Source: Naegleria gruberi (Eukaryota). From it: DNA of 64,000 bases. Positions 11,901-25,065 of the stretch are shown piece after piece; position 1 is the first letter of the stretch; each line of letters opens with the position of its first letter. The stretch is taken from assembly GCA_000004985.1 (NCBI GenBank), contig GG738865.1. One strand, given 5' to 3'. The notes beneath the pieces are model-generated. The model saw only the letters and a list, made by a program, of their open reading frames with translations, had not been told where the DNA came from and did not search any database. Made by a program: the position numbers and the translations under genes.

Positions 11901-12392
11901 GATTCATTAACAATACTTTTCAATACATTTGTGGAAATAGAATGTCAGAAAAAGGATTGGAAAAATCATAAGGAAAAATGTAAAAAGATACAGGAAGAAT
12001 CGAAACAAACAATAGCAACAGCGCTACAAAAAGTCTACTCTGCAGACAAGTTGAAAACTAAGGGAAATAACGCCTACAAAGAGAATGACTTTAAGAGAGC
12101 TATCAATTACTATGGTCGTGCTCTCTTGCAAGAAGATGCAAAAGATATGAAACACATTCTCAATTTGAACATTGCACAGAGCTACTTTATGATTCATGAC
12201 TATGAACAGAGTATGAAATATGCTGATTTGGCTTTGGAAATTGATCCATCCTACATCAAAGCCATTCACAGAAAGGCAATCTGTTTGAAAATGCTCAACC
12301 GAAACAGTGAGGCACTATCGGTGGCAAACAAAGGACTTTCACTATCACCATCAGAAAAACAATTACAGGATTTGGTTGCTTCACTCAAATAA
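8925..12392 (+). CDS. large MYND zinc-finger + C-terminal TPR-repeat protein (multi-exon, ~1110 aa)
   Basis: Proposed exons are 8925..9998, 10056..11871 and 11941..12392. Intron 1 (9999..10055, 57 nt, GTATGT...AACAG) joins the track ORFs 8886..10046 and 10080..12392, which lie in the same frame and are separated only by a stop inside the intron. Intron 2 (11872..11940, 69 nt, GTATGT...AATAG) is a multiple of 3, so the ORF finder read through it. Splicing restores the MYND consensus C-x2-C...RYCSVECQKKDWKNHKEKC. The C-terminus has TPR repeats (GNNAYKENDFKRAINYYGRAL...). An alternative upstream exon 8680..8874 (GTAGGT donor) is possible. Confidence 0.6.
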
Positions 12393-12460
12393 AACCAACC
12401 ACCACTATTCTGTCCGACCAGACCATACTTTACAAGATAACACAGGTCAACCTGAAAAAA

Positions 12461-13609
12461 ATGTCAACACCAAAATTCTTGTTGATAATCACAGCTTTTC
12501 TTTTATTCCAATCAACTGTCCAATTATCACACAGTAGAATATCACTGAACGATGGGATCAAGAAACCAGCATCACTCTCCAATAATTTTCTCTGCTCCGA
12601 TAATGAAACACTCGATATGCAATCCGATGCTTTCCAATGGAGAAAGTCAGAGAATCGTTTGCTGAGTTCCTACTATAGAGAGTGGTGGTTTTTTGCCACC
12701 TATGATCCCAAGGCAGATGTTGGCTTCTGTATGGGATACAATGTACAAGATCCGCTCAGAACATTCAACAAGGAAAGATCATCAATGGCTGGAATGATAT
12801 GGCCATCTGTCCAGAAACAGCAGAAGGTCATTGATGTGGAGGATTACTTTACTCTCGATGATTTTAAAGCCAATGAACATAACGCCAGTATGCAAATTAC
12901 TCCAAACAATTACATTCAAGTATTGGATAGTGAAAATTATGTAATTGTTGGCTCTTCACATAATGTCAAGTGGTGGCTTCAATTCACACAAACTTGCTAT
13001 GCCTGTCGAGAGGTTATTCAAGTTCCTGAAGTGATTCAGTTGGATTGGATATCATATATGCCTGCTGCAAAAGTTAAGGGAATCATTCAGATTGATGGTA
13101 GAAATATTTCCATTGATACAATTGGTTATCACGATCATAATTATGGTAGTTGGCCAGCCTCACTCTTTGATTGGATTTGGTCACAATTTAATCATGCAGA
13201 GAGTGATTTGGCTATTGTGACTGGCTCTTACAAATTGCCTCTCACTTCAGAATCTGTTGGATATGCATTCATTCGATTCAGAGGGAAGAGAATTAAAATT
13301 GGAACCTTGTGTGCAAATTCATTTGAGCTCATTCCTCTCGAGTGGAAGAATTTCAATGGAAAGATGTATTGTGTTCGTGCACAAGTGAAAACTCACAACA
13401 AGGATTGGAAACTTGAAATGGAATATCGTGCTCAAGTAAGTGATAGAAATCCAGGAGATAGAGGATTGGGACTTTTCGTTTATGAGCAAATTTCACACTT
13501 TTCAGTTCAACTCTATGAGAAAGTTTCGAATGAATGGAAAGTGGCAGCCAACGTGACTGGATATGGATTTAGTGAATGGACCGATTTGAAATATTTTAAT
13601 AAGCCATAA
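12461..13609 (+). CDS. secreted protein, candidate AttH/CrtC-like (lipocalin-type hydroxyneurosporene-synthase family) domain
   Basis: 382 aa with an N-terminal signal peptide (MSTPKFLLIITAFLLFQSTVQLSHS). The block REWWFFATYDPKADVGFCMGYNVQD resembles the EWW[YF]-x-T...G-x-Q-x-T-F start of bacterial AttH/CrtC N-terminal domains. The family assignment is tentative. Confidence 0.5.
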   Translation: MSTPKFLLIITAFLLFQSTVQLSHSRISLNDGIKKPASLSNNFLCSDNETLDMQSDAFQWRKSENRLLSSYYREWWFFATYDPKADVGFCMGYNVQDPLRTFNKERSSMAGMIWPSVQKQQKVIDVEDYFTLDDFKANEHNASMQITPNNYIQVLDSENYVIVGSSHNVKWWLQFTQTCYACREVIQVPEVIQLDWISYMPAAKVKGIIQIDGRNISIDTIGYHDHNYGSWPASLFDWIWSQFNHAESDLAIVTGSYKLPLTSESVGYAFIRFRGKRIKIGTLCANSFELIPLEWKNFNGKMYCVRAQVKTHNKDWKLEMEYRAQVSDRNPGDRGLGLFVYEQISHFSVQLYEKVSNEWKVAANVTGYGFSEWTDLKYFNKP

Positions 13610-14330
13610 GGCCTTTTTCCTCAGTAACAGATAATCTATTATCTACCCCAACAACTGGTAAATTTACTAATACAAGGCAGATTTTTATTGAACTAGGCAT
13701 CTATGGAATATTTCAATTGTTTAATAGGAGACATGAATTTTCAATCGTTGTATCACATACACAGAGACGCTGGATTTGTGGATAACATTCAACATGAACG
13801 ACTCTTCGAATATTCTTCCCAATTTTCCTAGATGCGCTCATCAAAAGCTGTTGGGTTTCGAATAGATATTGTTTTTCTCATTCTCCATAACAGCAACAAC
13901 ACATGTTTGTCTTTCAGTTGTTACCCAAACAACAATGAATCAACAGCAGGAAAATTCAAGTAACAACAATTCGTTTACCGCCAATAATCCAACGTTATTC
14001 AATTTTACAATCGAAAAAATTGCCTCAACACAAACCACCACCACTCAATAATAACCGTTTATTGATTTAACAGAAAAGAAGTTGTACTAGTTTGTGGTTA
14101 CCTTTTTTGAGCTTTATCCCCAACAAACAATTTGAATTTAATACCTTCCGAGAGAATTTCCAATTGTTTGTTTTTTTGATATCTTTTCTCAATAGTCCTC
14201 ATCACACACAACAATAATAACAACGCCCACAGTGTTAATAGTAGAATTCGTGGTAGTAGATCATATTATTGAGAATTTGATTTCAATTATAAAGAAAGAA
14301 ATAATAACTTTCGGAGAGAAAATATAGAAC

Positions 14331-15791
14331 ATGATAGAGCAACAAATGATTGAGTCGTTTAGTCAATACTTTCAGAATATAATGATCATACTGTTGGGAT
14401 GTTATATTGGATGGATTGTCTTTTCAAATGTGATTCGTAAATATATCTACTCAATGGTTGATAGTAAAGTGTACGAGATGGGAAAATCATTCACAGAACA
14501 TTTAATTAATCAAACGAGGGGTTTTGAGTGCAAAGTCTACTCGTGTAAAACTAAGGACGGTTGTAAATTACAACTCTTTAGAATTATTTATAAGGGAAAT
14601 GATGCTGATCATTCGAATAATGTTTCATTGAGTCCTCAATCAACCATTAGATATTGTCCATCGGCACAACAAGTTGAGGAATTGTTAAGAGAGAGTGAAC
14701 AACTTTCAAAGAAACCAGTTGTGGTGTTGCAACATGGATTGTTAGAGGCCATGACTGTCTTTGTGCTACATGAAGATTCCATCGCATTCCAATTGGCCAA
14801 GAAGGGTTTTGATGTTTGGTTGGTCAATAATAGAACCTCACTGTTTGGTCAACAACATCTGGTTTCCAGAATTCATGATGAAGTCGAATTTTGGAAATTC
14901 TCTATTGATGAAATTGCCAAATATGATATGCCAGCAATAATAGATTTTGTTAGAAACGCAACTTGCCAATCAAAGATTTGTTGGGTTGGAATGTCCCAAG
15001 GAGCTGGTCAACTCTTTGCTGCCCTCTCACAAACTGAGTATGCCCACTATAAGAATTATCTTTCTGCTATTGTTGGACTGTCGCCAGCATGTTTCTTGAA
15101 GAAGAATCCAGAATCTACCTTTCTTAGACTCTTAATTAAGACTCCCTCATTCATTTTCGGAAGGAGAGAATTCATGCTTATTATTCTTATTGGACAACTG
15201 TTATTACCTGCCTCATTCCTTGCCAAGGGAGGTGAATATGCTCTCAAACTATTGAATATTCAACAAAAACCACTCCCAAACCATCCCCTGAAAGGTGAAT
15301 GGTTTAAGAACATTCCACTGGGATGTACCTCTGTAAATAATGTGGTTCACTGGTTAAGGATGTTAAACATTGGAGGATGTTTGAGAAAATTCAATGGAAT
15401 TGAAAAGTATCCAATTGATGAAATGTTAGATAGATGGAGAGAGGTCTACCACTCCAATTTGAGTCATCAGCAACAAGATAAGAAGCAACAAGAATATGTG
15501 CCACCTCTCTTTGTCTTTTTGGGAGGAAAGGATAATGTAATTGACTATGAAGAGAGTATCAAACATTTTGGCTGTTGTGACTCTGTGTTGGTGACTGATG
15601 AAACAGGTGAACATCCACCCAAGAATATTTCAACATGTCCAGGAAGTTGTCCAGTGTCCAACAATGTTCGTTGCAAGATTCTATTCGATCCAGAGTATGG
15701 TCACACTGATTTCCTTTGGGCTGAACCAGATGCCAAACACCAAAGACATTATGATAAGGTTATTCAATTCTTGGAGGAACATGTTCAATAG
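14331..15791 (+). CDS. alpha/beta-hydrolase lipase (acid/gastric-lipase-like)
   Basis: 486 aa with an N-terminal signal-anchor helix. The VVVLQHGLLEAMTVFV block is typical of the Abhydro_lipase N-terminal region. Nucleophile elbow GMSQG (GxSxG). Conserved C-terminal His region. Confidence 0.75.
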   Translation: MIEQQMIESFSQYFQNIMIILLGCYIGWIVFSNVIRKYIYSMVDSKVYEMGKSFTEHLINQTRGFECKVYSCKTKDGCKLQLFRIIYKGNDADHSNNVSLSPQSTIRYCPSAQQVEELLRESEQLSKKPVVVLQHGLLEAMTVFVLHEDSIAFQLAKKGFDVWLVNNRTSLFGQQHLVSRIHDEVEFWKFSIDEIAKYDMPAIIDFVRNATCQSKICWVGMSQGAGQLFAALSQTEYAHYKNYLSAIVGLSPACFLKKNPESTFLRLLIKTPSFIFGRREFMLIILIGQLLLPASFLAKGGEYALKLLNIQQKPLPNHPLKGEWFKNIPLGCTSVNNVVHWLRMLNIGGCLRKFNGIEKYPIDEMLDRWREVYHSNLSHQQQDKKQQEYVPPLFVFLGGKDNVIDYEESIKHFGCCDSVLVTDETGEHPPKNISTCPGSCPVSNNVRCKILFDPEYGHTDFLWAEPDAKHQRHYDKVIQFLEEHVQ

Positions 15792-16086
15792 GAATGAATT
15801 ATTGTACAATTTCACCTTTTTAACAATGATACCTGGTACTTGTGTGACATTGGTTAATAGACACATTCCGAAGGCTGCTTTTAAGATACCTTCAATCCTC
15901 ATCATCATTCCAATGTTGTTTGTTGAAGAAAATGTTGTAGGTGTTATCCACTCACTTTGAAAAAACTCCATTAATTCACCATATGGACTGCAATAAATTT
16001 GGTTGGTGGATAGCTGTTAAATTAGATTCAATCAAAATTTTTAAAATAAAATTAAAAAATTTAAAAAATTGTTTGTTGAAAAAAAA

Positions 16087-18432
16087 ATGAAAAAGACACT
16101 CTCCCTCTACTCTAAATCAGGATTGAAGACTGCTTCAACTACCTCCACTGCTACTTCCAGTGTGATGGTGATGAAGAGAAACTTTTCTAAAAATACTTTC
16201 AAGAGACTGGAATTTATTGATACTGAGGATAAAGTAGTGTTGGAACACATTTCCAAGGAACAACTTGCTCACCTTGCCAAACTCAGAAATATTGGTATTT
16301 CTGCTCACATTGACAGTGGTAAAACAACATTGACCGAACGTATTCTTTTCTATACCGGTCGTATCAAGGAAATTCACGAAGTTAAAGGTACTGATGGTGT
16401 TGGTGCCACTATGGATTCTATGGATTTGGAAAGAGAAAAGGGTATCACTATTCAATCTGCTGCTACTCACTGTGAATGGGACAAGCATCACATTAATATT
16501 ATTGATACTCCAGGTCACGTTGACTTTACAATTGAAGTTGAAAGAGCTTTGAGAGTTTTGGATGGTGCTATTTTGATTTTATGTTCAGTTTCTGGTGTTC
16601 AATCACAATCTTTAACTGTCGATCGTCAAATGAAGAGATATGGTGTTCCACGTTTGTGTTTCATCAACAAATTGGATCGTTTGGGAGCTAATCCAGATCG
16701 TGTCATTGCACAAGTCAGAGACAAGTTAAAGTTGAACGCTGCTGCTGTTCAAATTCCAATGGGTTTGGAAGATAACTTGCAAGGTGTTGTTGACGTTATT
16801 GAAATGAAGGCCCTCTATTTTGAAGGTGACAATGGTGAAAAGATTACAAAGAAGGAAATTCCAGAAAGATATTTGGAAGAAGCTCAAACAAAGAGAGCTG
16901 AATTATTTGAAAGATTGGCTGAAGTTGATGATGAATTTGCTGAAGTTTATTTGGAAGATGGTGAAATTACTGAATCACTCATTCACACCACAATTCGTAG
17001 AGTTACTATTGCTAACAAATTCGCTCCTGTTTTCATGGGTAGTGCCAAGAAGAATACTGGTATCCAAGCTTTGTTGAATGGTGTCCTTCGTTATTTACCA
17101 AATCCTGCTCAAGTTAAAAACACAGCTATTGATTGTTCTGAAGAAAAGGCAGGTTTACCAGAAGCTGAAAGAAAGGTTGAAATTCATGCCGACAATACTA
17201 AACCATTCATTGGTTTGGCTTTCAAATTGGAAGAAGGTAAATACGGTCAATTGACATATATGAGAGTTTATCAAGGTACATTGAAGAAGGGTACTTCAAT
17301 TACTAATGCCAGAACTGGTGACAAGTTGAAGGTACCAAGATTGGTCAGAATGCACGCTAACGAAATGGAAGATATTACAGAAATTGGACCAGGTGAAATT
17401 TGTGCCGTTTTTGGTGTTGATTGTGCTTCTGGTGATACATTTATTTCATCTGCAAAGAATAAGTTCACTTTGGAAACTATGTTTATTCCTGAACCAGTCG
17501 TTTCCAAGTCTGTTCAACTTAAGGATCGTGCTAAGGAAAACATTTTTGCCAAGTGTTTGAACAAATTCCAACGTGAAGATCCAACATTTAAGGTTACATT
17601 CGATCCAGAAGGTAATCAAACCATTATCAGTGGTATGGGTGAATTGCACTTGGATATCTATGTTGAAAGAATGAAACGTGAATTTGATTGTGAAGTTATT
17701 GTTGGTAAGCCATATGTTGCTTATCGTGAAACTATTCAAGGACGTGGTGAATACAATTACACTCACAAGAAACAATCTGGTGGTGCTGGTCAATATGCTA
17801 AGGTTATTGGTCACATTGAATCAATGACTGAAGAAGAAATGGCTGAACATCCAGACAAATTCATGTTTGAAAATCGTATTATTGGTAACGCTATTACACC
17901 ATCATATATTACTGGTTGTGAAAGAGGTTTCCGTGAATCTGTTGTTAAGGGACCATTGATTGGTTGTCCTGTTTGGGGTGTTAAGGCAATTTTGAGCGAT
18001 GGTGCTACTCACCCTGTCGATTCGAGTGAAATGGCCTTTAGATTTGCTTGTGAACAAGGTTTCAGACAAGCTTTTGAAAAATCAAGACCTGCAATTCTTG
18101 AACCAATTATGAAGGTTGAAATTGTTGTTCCAGAAGAATTCCAAGGTGAAGTTTTGGGCAGTATCAATCAAAGACGTGGTCAAGTTACAAATTCTGAAAG
18201 AAGTGCCATCGATGCCAGTTGGACAATTTGGGCTGAAGTTCCTTTGGCTGAAATGTTCGGTTATACAACAACTTTGAGAAGTTTAACACAAGGTAAAGGT
18301 GAATGTTCAATGGAATATTTCACTCACCGTGTTGTTACTCCAGATATTCAACAAAAGATTATTGACGAAAAGAGTAAGGAAAGTGGAAACGGAGGTGAAG
18401 CTAAGGCTGAATCTGGTAAGAAGAAGAAATAA
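16087..18432 (+). CDS. GFM1: elongation factor G, mitochondrial (EF-G1)
   Basis: ATG at 16087; the track start at 16069 is TTG. An N-terminal presequence-like stretch is followed by the G domain ([32 protein letters not shown]) and EF-G domains II-V. The Lys-rich C-terminus ends at TAA 18430-18432. Confidence 0.95.
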   Translation: MKKTLSLYSKSGLKTASTTSTATSSVMVMKRNFSKNTFKRLEFIDTEDKVVLEHISKEQLAHLAKLRNIGISAHIDSGKTTLTERILFYTGRIKEIHEVKGTDGVGATMDSMDLEREKGITIQSAATHCEWDKHHINIIDTPGHVDFTIEVERALRVLDGAILILCSVSGVQSQSLTVDRQMKRYGVPRLCFINKLDRLGANPDRVIAQVRDKLKLNAAAVQIPMGLEDNLQGVVDVIEMKALYFEGDNGEKITKKEIPERYLEEAQTKRAELFERLAEVDDEFAEVYLEDGEITESLIHTTIRRVTIANKFAPVFMGSAKKNTGIQALLNGVLRYLPNPAQVKNTAIDCSEEKAGLPEAERKVEIHADNTKPFIGLAFKLEEGKYGQLTYMRVYQGTLKKGTSITNARTGDKLKVPRLVRMHANEMEDITEIGPGEICAVFGVDCASGDTFISSAKNKFTLETMFIPEPVVSKSVQLKDRAKENIFAKCLNKFQREDPTFKVTFDPEGNQTIISGMGELHLDIYVERMKREFDCEVIVGKPYVAYRETIQGRGEYNYTHKKQSGGAGQYAKVIGHIESMTEEEMAEHPDKFMFENRIIGNAITPSYITGCERGFRESVVKGPLIGCPVWGVKAILSDGATHPVDSSEMAFRFACEQGFRQAFEKSRPAILEPIMKVEIVVPEEFQGEVLGSINQRRGQVTNSERSAIDASWTIWAEVPLAEMFGYTTTLRSLTQGKGECSMEYFTHRVVTPDIQQKIIDEKSKESGNGGEAKAESGKKKK

Positions 18433-18813
18433 ACTAATTGATAAAATACTTAATGTAAATAGAATTGGTTAGTTTTCTTTAATTTAATATTTGTATTAAC
18501 ATTTCCTTCAGGAAAAAGTTAACGAATACTTTGAAAAGGGCCGATTTATTCCAAGAATTTTATTTGCCATTTTTAGAAATTGGAAAACCTTAAGTTGACC
18601 GTAATTTGAAAACTTTTGAAACATTGGAAATTCCATGTTTTATTATTGTAATATGCTCCTTAAATTCCTTGTTAAGGTCTTACTGTAATCCTCAAACATT
18701 CAAACAGTACGATTCACAATTCCCAACAAACATTCTCTTCATTGTCCAATGTTGAACGGCCTTGCGGTTTGCACACACTTTTCTTGAAGAAAAAAATTAA
18801 CAACAAACTCAAC

Positions 18814-21800
18814 ATGAGGAGCAACCTTAATTGGCTTAATTGCTTACTGTTAACAGCCTTTGTGTTAGCGCTCTTTTCCTTTCACACGAAGGGTACTGTG
18901 CTAGAGTATTGCGATACAATGACAAATATTCCACCTCTTTGCTCGAATCAACAAAATCTAGGACATGCTGTTGATATAGAGTTGCCAGGTGGATATAGTG
19001 AAGTAGGAATGAATGTTACAACACAATTGGTTGGCTTTATCAATGACCAAAATGAAGATTTGTATCACTTGGTGAATGCTCCTACTTTGGTTGATAAATA
19101 CATTTCAAAACTTAAGAGGGTAAGCAAGAATGGTGCAGAGATTTGGACATTAGACATTCAAAGTGATTGCAGCACAAGTGCATCAGTAGTTAGTCAAACT
19201 CTTTCCTTTGCTTCGGATGGTACTATTGTGTTATCTGGTTGGATTATTACAAAGGAAAGAGCATGTTTTAGGGGTACAAAACTATCCTCAAAAACCTCTC
19301 AAAACAATAGAAAAGTTCCATTCATTGCCTTCGTATCATCAACTGGCTATGTGATTTCTGTAATTTCCTTAGAAAATGACTTCCCTGATGCATCAATTTC
19401 ACATGTTGATTTAGACCATTCCGACTCGAACAAACTCTATCTTATCATCAGAATGGATTCAAGATTATTGATTGCATGTTACAATGACGGTAGATTAATG
19501 TGGAACAATGTAATATCCTCTTGTGCAGATCCAAGTAAATGTCAGGCTGCAGGTTTGAGTTATTCACCATTTGGGAAAATTTTGGTCACACTTTATGAAA
19601 GTGATGGAACTAATTTCCAATTCGCTGCTCAAGGTTTCAATTTTGTTTCACACAAATCTGGAATCTACATAGCGACATTTAGCTCAGATGATGGTTTGTT
19701 CTCTTCTATTGATATGGTGTTCCACAGTACCTCAGTTAACATGGGAGCACCAAAGACAGTTTTGGATCGTTTAGGAAAATTACACCTACTGATTGCATGT
19801 GAGGCTAATTGCTACATAAGCGGTTCCATTGCAAATCCAGGTGTCTTCTTGTTGAGATATTACAATGGAGCTGTTGAAAAATTAAACAGATTCATTTCCC
19901 TTATATTATCCAAAATTAAGCTTCAAAGCCTTGCATTAGACAGAGATCTATCTATCTATGCAATTATTAATGGATTGACATCATTTTCAATAATTGATGA
20001 CACCGATGGCAGAGTATCAAATTTTCTTGATATTGGAGTTCTTTGTAAATTCAGATACTCAGATGGAAAGATTTTATGGTTACGAAAAATAGCTGACGAT
20101 CCAACTCTGGATTACTACCACGTAAGTCCTTCCAGCATAATGGTTAATAAGAAGGCCACTGTTGATGAAATTATTCCAACCATGTTCACATATCTCAGAG
20201 ATGGCACAAGAAGAACAGCCTGGATTGAATCATACACTGCTCGTTACGATACAACTGAATCATCATCTGCTAGAATAGGAGGATCTGGAGGATCAACAAC
20301 ACACACAACAAGTGACAAAGTTACTGCAATTCTTTTTGGAACCACTTCAGATTATGTTAGGGATATTGGATTTGAATTCAAATCTGTACCTGCTTTCCAA
20401 GGCGGGTTAGGAATTAGATATGCCATTGACAGTGATGAATATTTCACCTCGATTGACTATTGTGTTGGTGGTAATTCATATACCACAGTAGAATATATCA
20501 AATTCAACACAAACAAGAAGTCTTTTTCAAATGGTAAATGTCGTAGTTCCCTTCAAACTGAAAGCGTTCCAAAAGGTAAAGAACTTGTTGGTTTCACAGT
20601 CAACATAGGTATATATCTGGATTCAATCAAGTTTTACTATCGTAGCCCATATATTTGCATGACTGGCACAGAAGGGGACAAGTGTGACACCAATGTATGC
20701 TATGGTATTTCTTCCAAGTCCGCACTGAAATGTAGTGGTAAGGGTAATTGCGTTGGGCCTAATACTTGCTCATGTTATTTTGGATATTTTGGGTCTAATT
20801 GTGAACAGAAAACTACATGTTTTGGTATTGACTTTGATTCAAAAACAGTTTGTTCTGGAAATGGAAATTGTTATGGGCCGAATACTTGTCGGTGTAATGG
20901 TAGATATACTGGAAACCAATGTCAATACGCAACATGTAATGGAATAATTCAATCGGATAGCAAGGTGTGTTCAGGTCATGGATCATGTATTAAGGAAGAT
21001 ACATGTTCCTGCCAAGAGGGATATTCTGGTCCGTCATGTAGCACATATTCGTGTTCAGGAATTTTAAATTCTGATTCGAAAGCTTGTTCAACACATGGAG
21101 TTTGTTCAAGTTTAAATAATTGCACATGCTTAGTTGGTTATTTTGGTAGTACTTGTAACGAATTCGAGTGTGGGGGTATCAATGCCAAGTCTAATCTTAC
21201 CTGCACAGGAAGAGGAATTTGTTCTTCTTCAAATAATTGTAAATGTTTAGCCCCTAATTCTTATGGAGACAATTGTGAATCATGTAAGGAAGGGTATTAT
21301 GGAAGCAAATGTGAAAAATGGAATTGTAATGGTATTGAGAACACGTCGCCTGATGTATGTGGTGGTAGAGGACAATGTGTCGCTCCAAATCAATGTAAAT
21401 GTACTTCAACTGCCACTGGTTCATTTTGTGAACAATGTGTTACAGGTTATTTTGGACTTAAGTGCGGTAATTGGACATGTAATGGTATTGAAAACACAGC
21501 CACAAATGTTTGTAACCACAGAGGAAGTTGTATTGCATATGATAATTGTCAATGTTCTTCAAGATCTTATGGTTCCAGTTGTGAATCATGTGTTGGATTG
21601 TTTACTGGTGCTCTCTGTTCTGAATGTTCTGGACACCTCGAAGGAGATGAAGAATGTTTAAATTATGCTGTCACCGATCCAGAATACTATGCTTTTACTG
21701 ATGATAATAGGTTAGAATTTCTTCAATTTATAGTAATGTCAACAGGTATTGTGAATTCTACCGATTATGCTTGTAGCAAGTTGTTTACTAATCTAGAGAA

Positions 21801-24800
21801 TGAAATTGGTATAGGTTTGGAATGTACTGTTAGGAATGGCACAGTTTCTCCTTCTAATACTGTCAATAGAGCTTATTTAATTACTGTTAAAACTTTTCAA
21901 GGTACAATGAGTCCAAGTAAACCAATACATTTCAACATCTTTTGGGCAAATCCACAAAAAAAACCATCCTATACCACCCTTAACATTAGTGTAAAAGAGT
22001 TTTATACAAAGAATTCGATTGGTTTAGATTTGTATGCTGAGCAATATAGGGTGTAAACAGATGTTATGACACACAATTACGTTTACATTACTCGCAACCA
22101 GAACACCGATACACTTTCACATCCATTAAATGGAACATTACAAATTCAAATAATCTCCAAACTGTTCCTAAAATTGTGCAAGCTGTAGAAACTGCCAAAA
22201 ACAGTCTTGACTTGACTATTCCATTCGTACCAGAAATGCTCACTAATGAAACTCTAATTGTAACAGTGACTTTTGTATCTGCTTTTGGTCAACAAGCCGT
22301 AAAATCATTCCCACTTAAATTAAGTAAACCTTATCCTAAACCAAGTTCTACCATTCCTACTAGAACAGTTACCTTCCTTAGTTCAGAAGATGAGACTATT
22401 CCTCTTCGAGAATTCTATGAAAATCCTGAATGTTTAGATCAAGGAATCGTTCCATCCTTTTCCCTGTATCGCGGTTACTATGATGATTATTTTACTATGG
22501 ATCGTACTAGTTCACATTCGGTTATTCTTACCTCAGATTTAATTATTGTTAAATCTTTAACGTTTACAAATGAGGAAATACTGCCCATATGGTTTGGCAA
22601 TTCAGCAAGAATCCGGTTAGATGTTCGTTACCTTCCACCTATTCCAAAAATAGTCGAATCGATTGTTTATTATAACTTTATACAGCCAAGCATTACCATT
22701 GCTTGTAGGAGTCCTTATGGAGATTCATATTTTTACAGCAGCATCAGATATTCGTTGTTAGAGGATTCTTCCAAAATAGCGAATGGATACGCTTCCTCTG
22801 CAACTGTTCCAGTTAGAGTACTGAGTGCTGCTAATCCAGACTCTGCAGTATCGAGTGCTCTTTTCGAATTGACTTGTAGTGGGCCAAATAGGCTTGGAGA
22901 TACTTCCATTTCAAAATATGTGACATTTATTAAAGAACAACCTGCAAGTAGTACACCTCACCAGGATATTGTAAAATTCTTGCAGTTTCATTGAAGACTC
23001 CAAATGGAAGAAGTACAATACCTTATTCAGAAAATGATCAAACCTATAATCTTGAAGTGGTATCTTCAAGTAATGATTGCAAGTTAAGAGTTATCTTATC
23101 CAATCCAATCAGCTATAATTCTGTTGAATTATTATCAACTACACTTTCCAATACCATCAGCACTGTACCAGTAGTATTCAAACAGAGCACTCTCTCAAAG
23201 TTTACAATGGCAAAGAGTTCTACAACAATGTCTTTATATGCCGCTAATGATCTCTCTGTACAAGGTCAAAGTATTGAACTTCAAGGCAAATTTTTTACAA
23301 TAATTGACATGTGTTCAATTTCTCCATCCACCATTGAAATTGGAATAACCAAAGCAACACTTTCATGTACATCTGACCTTGTTACCACATCGACAAAGAT
23401 TGAGCTCTATCATGATGGACTCTTGGTTGGTAAATCTGCCAGTTTCCCAATTGACTTTGTAACATCAAGGTCAGGACAATCTTTTAAGGTTGTAATTTAT
23501 GACACACTTACTGGTGGTAAAGCTAGTGAAGATATACTCTTGTCAAAAGCCATTACGTTCAGTACTAAATCATTACTTACAAGTAGTTTCGTATCAAAAA
23601 TTGCAAGTCAAATGGCAATCATTTCACAATCGAATAGTGCCAGTTTTAAAGACATTTCCAGTAATAATAATTATATTGTTTCAATGATTAATAATATTGG
23701 AATAGCTACAGAGATTGTGCAAAAGGAAATCGCTTCATTGACTCCAAAAGCTTTGGATATGTCAATTACGGCAATTTCGAAAGACATGAAAGAGTCAAGT
23801 CCATCTCTAGGCTCGTTCTCAACCATGGTCAACCAGATAAAGGACTTGTCCAATCCTGAATATTTAACTGATTCAAATGTTGAGAAAACTACTCAAATTG
23901 TAAACGAATTTGTTTCATATACTCAAAGATTGACAAACTGGGATGATGGGATTTCTGCTTCGCTTTCTAATATTGTAACAAACATTGCTCCAAAGATATC
24001 TGAAACCACTACAATGTCCATGATTTCTAAAATTGCGTTTTCTACTATTTCCAAAAGTTCACAATTCACATTCACAACCACAAACTTTTTCCCAGATAAG
24101 AAACCTTCCAATTTGATTATTGTGAATGCAGTAAAGTCCAGTTACGTCTCCATGAACTCACTTTCGATTACATCCGAATCCAAAGTCCCACTAGTCTCAT
24201 TCCAATTGTCCAAACACAAGACAACAGCTCAAGCCAATGAAGAAATCATAGTTTCACACTCAGTTTTCAAATATCCATCATCAAAGCGATCCATTACAAC
24301 ACCTAAAAGAGATTTCATTTCCCAATTGAGTATTTCTTCAAAAAACATTTTGGAAGGAACTGCTTCATTCAATATTCCTCTCCCATCGTATGCTTCACCA
24401 ATTAGTCCTCTAATCAAACAAACTTTCAGATGTATTACTGTATACGACATGAAGGATTTCCAAGTTGAAACGTATTGTAAATACGCCAGCAATTCCAAAC
24501 AATATTTATCTGAATTTCAATCTGATTCAACAACTGTTGTAACATGTTCATGCGATTTGAATTATTTATCAAAGCAATCTCAATTTTCAATGATTGGTGT
24601 AACAGCTGAGTATTTGGAAGATGATTCTGCCTATAGAGCAGACCAAGATGCAAAGGTAGCAGCTGGTGTATCTGTTGCACTCATATTCGTTATTCTTTTT
24701 ATTGTTGGAATAGTTCTATTGGGTGTTGGAATTTCAGTCTTTTTGTATTTTAGAAAGAAGAAACAAATGCCACCTGCCCAATTCCCTGCCAATTCACAAC

Positions 24801-25009
24801 CATCGATTCAGTACACTACACAACCCTCAAGTAGCACCATCAATACCTCTACTCCTGATTTATTGGTTGCCTATTCTGTAAATGCTGATTTTGAATTGGG
24901 AACTGTAAATGCTGGTCAGCATTGGTCAGTTCCAAATCAAATCCATTTAGGTGCTATGGATGGTATCGAAAATGTGACAGCACAAAATATTCAACCAACT
25001 TCAATTTAG
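18814..25009 (+). CDS. large type-I membrane glycoprotein with tandem EGF-like Cys-rich repeats (tenascin-like C-x-G-x-G-x-C...C-x-C repeats), Ser/Thr-rich stalk, one C-terminal TM helix and a short cytoplasmic tail; multi-exon, ~2000 aa
   Basis: The track shows three abutting ORFs in frames 1, 0 and 2 (18742..22056, 22176..22994, 22991..25009). Only the first has a signal peptide (ATG 18814, MRSNLNWLNCLLLTAFVLALFSF). Only the last has a TM (VAAGVSVALIFVILFIVGIVLLGVGISVFLYF) plus tail. The last two begin at GTG/TTG rather than ATG. Junction 2 is explained by a 38-nt intron 22948..22985 (GTAGTA...TTGCAG). Junction 1 has two candidate introns: 22032..22204 (173 nt, GTATGC...AACAG) or 22022..22101 (80 nt, GTTTAG...ACCAG). 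It may instead be a real frameshift. Confidence 0.55.
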
Positions 25010-25065
25010 TGGTAAATGATTCAATATTGCGAACAGGTTATTAAAAAAATACCAATAAAATTGAT

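Noticed and set aside
13869-14051. 60-aa Thr/Asn/Gln-rich ORF between the AttH-like and lipase genes
   Set aside because: It is low-complexity translation of a CAA/ACA-rich leader region and has no domain.
22032-22060. 29-nt GTATGC...AACAG segment that would also repair the 22056 frame break; similar 12-19-nt GT...AG segments near 22972 and 56860
   Set aside because: These are below any plausible spliceosomal intron length for a genome whose confirmed introns are 38-100 nt. Longer, better-supported intron solutions exist for the same junctions.
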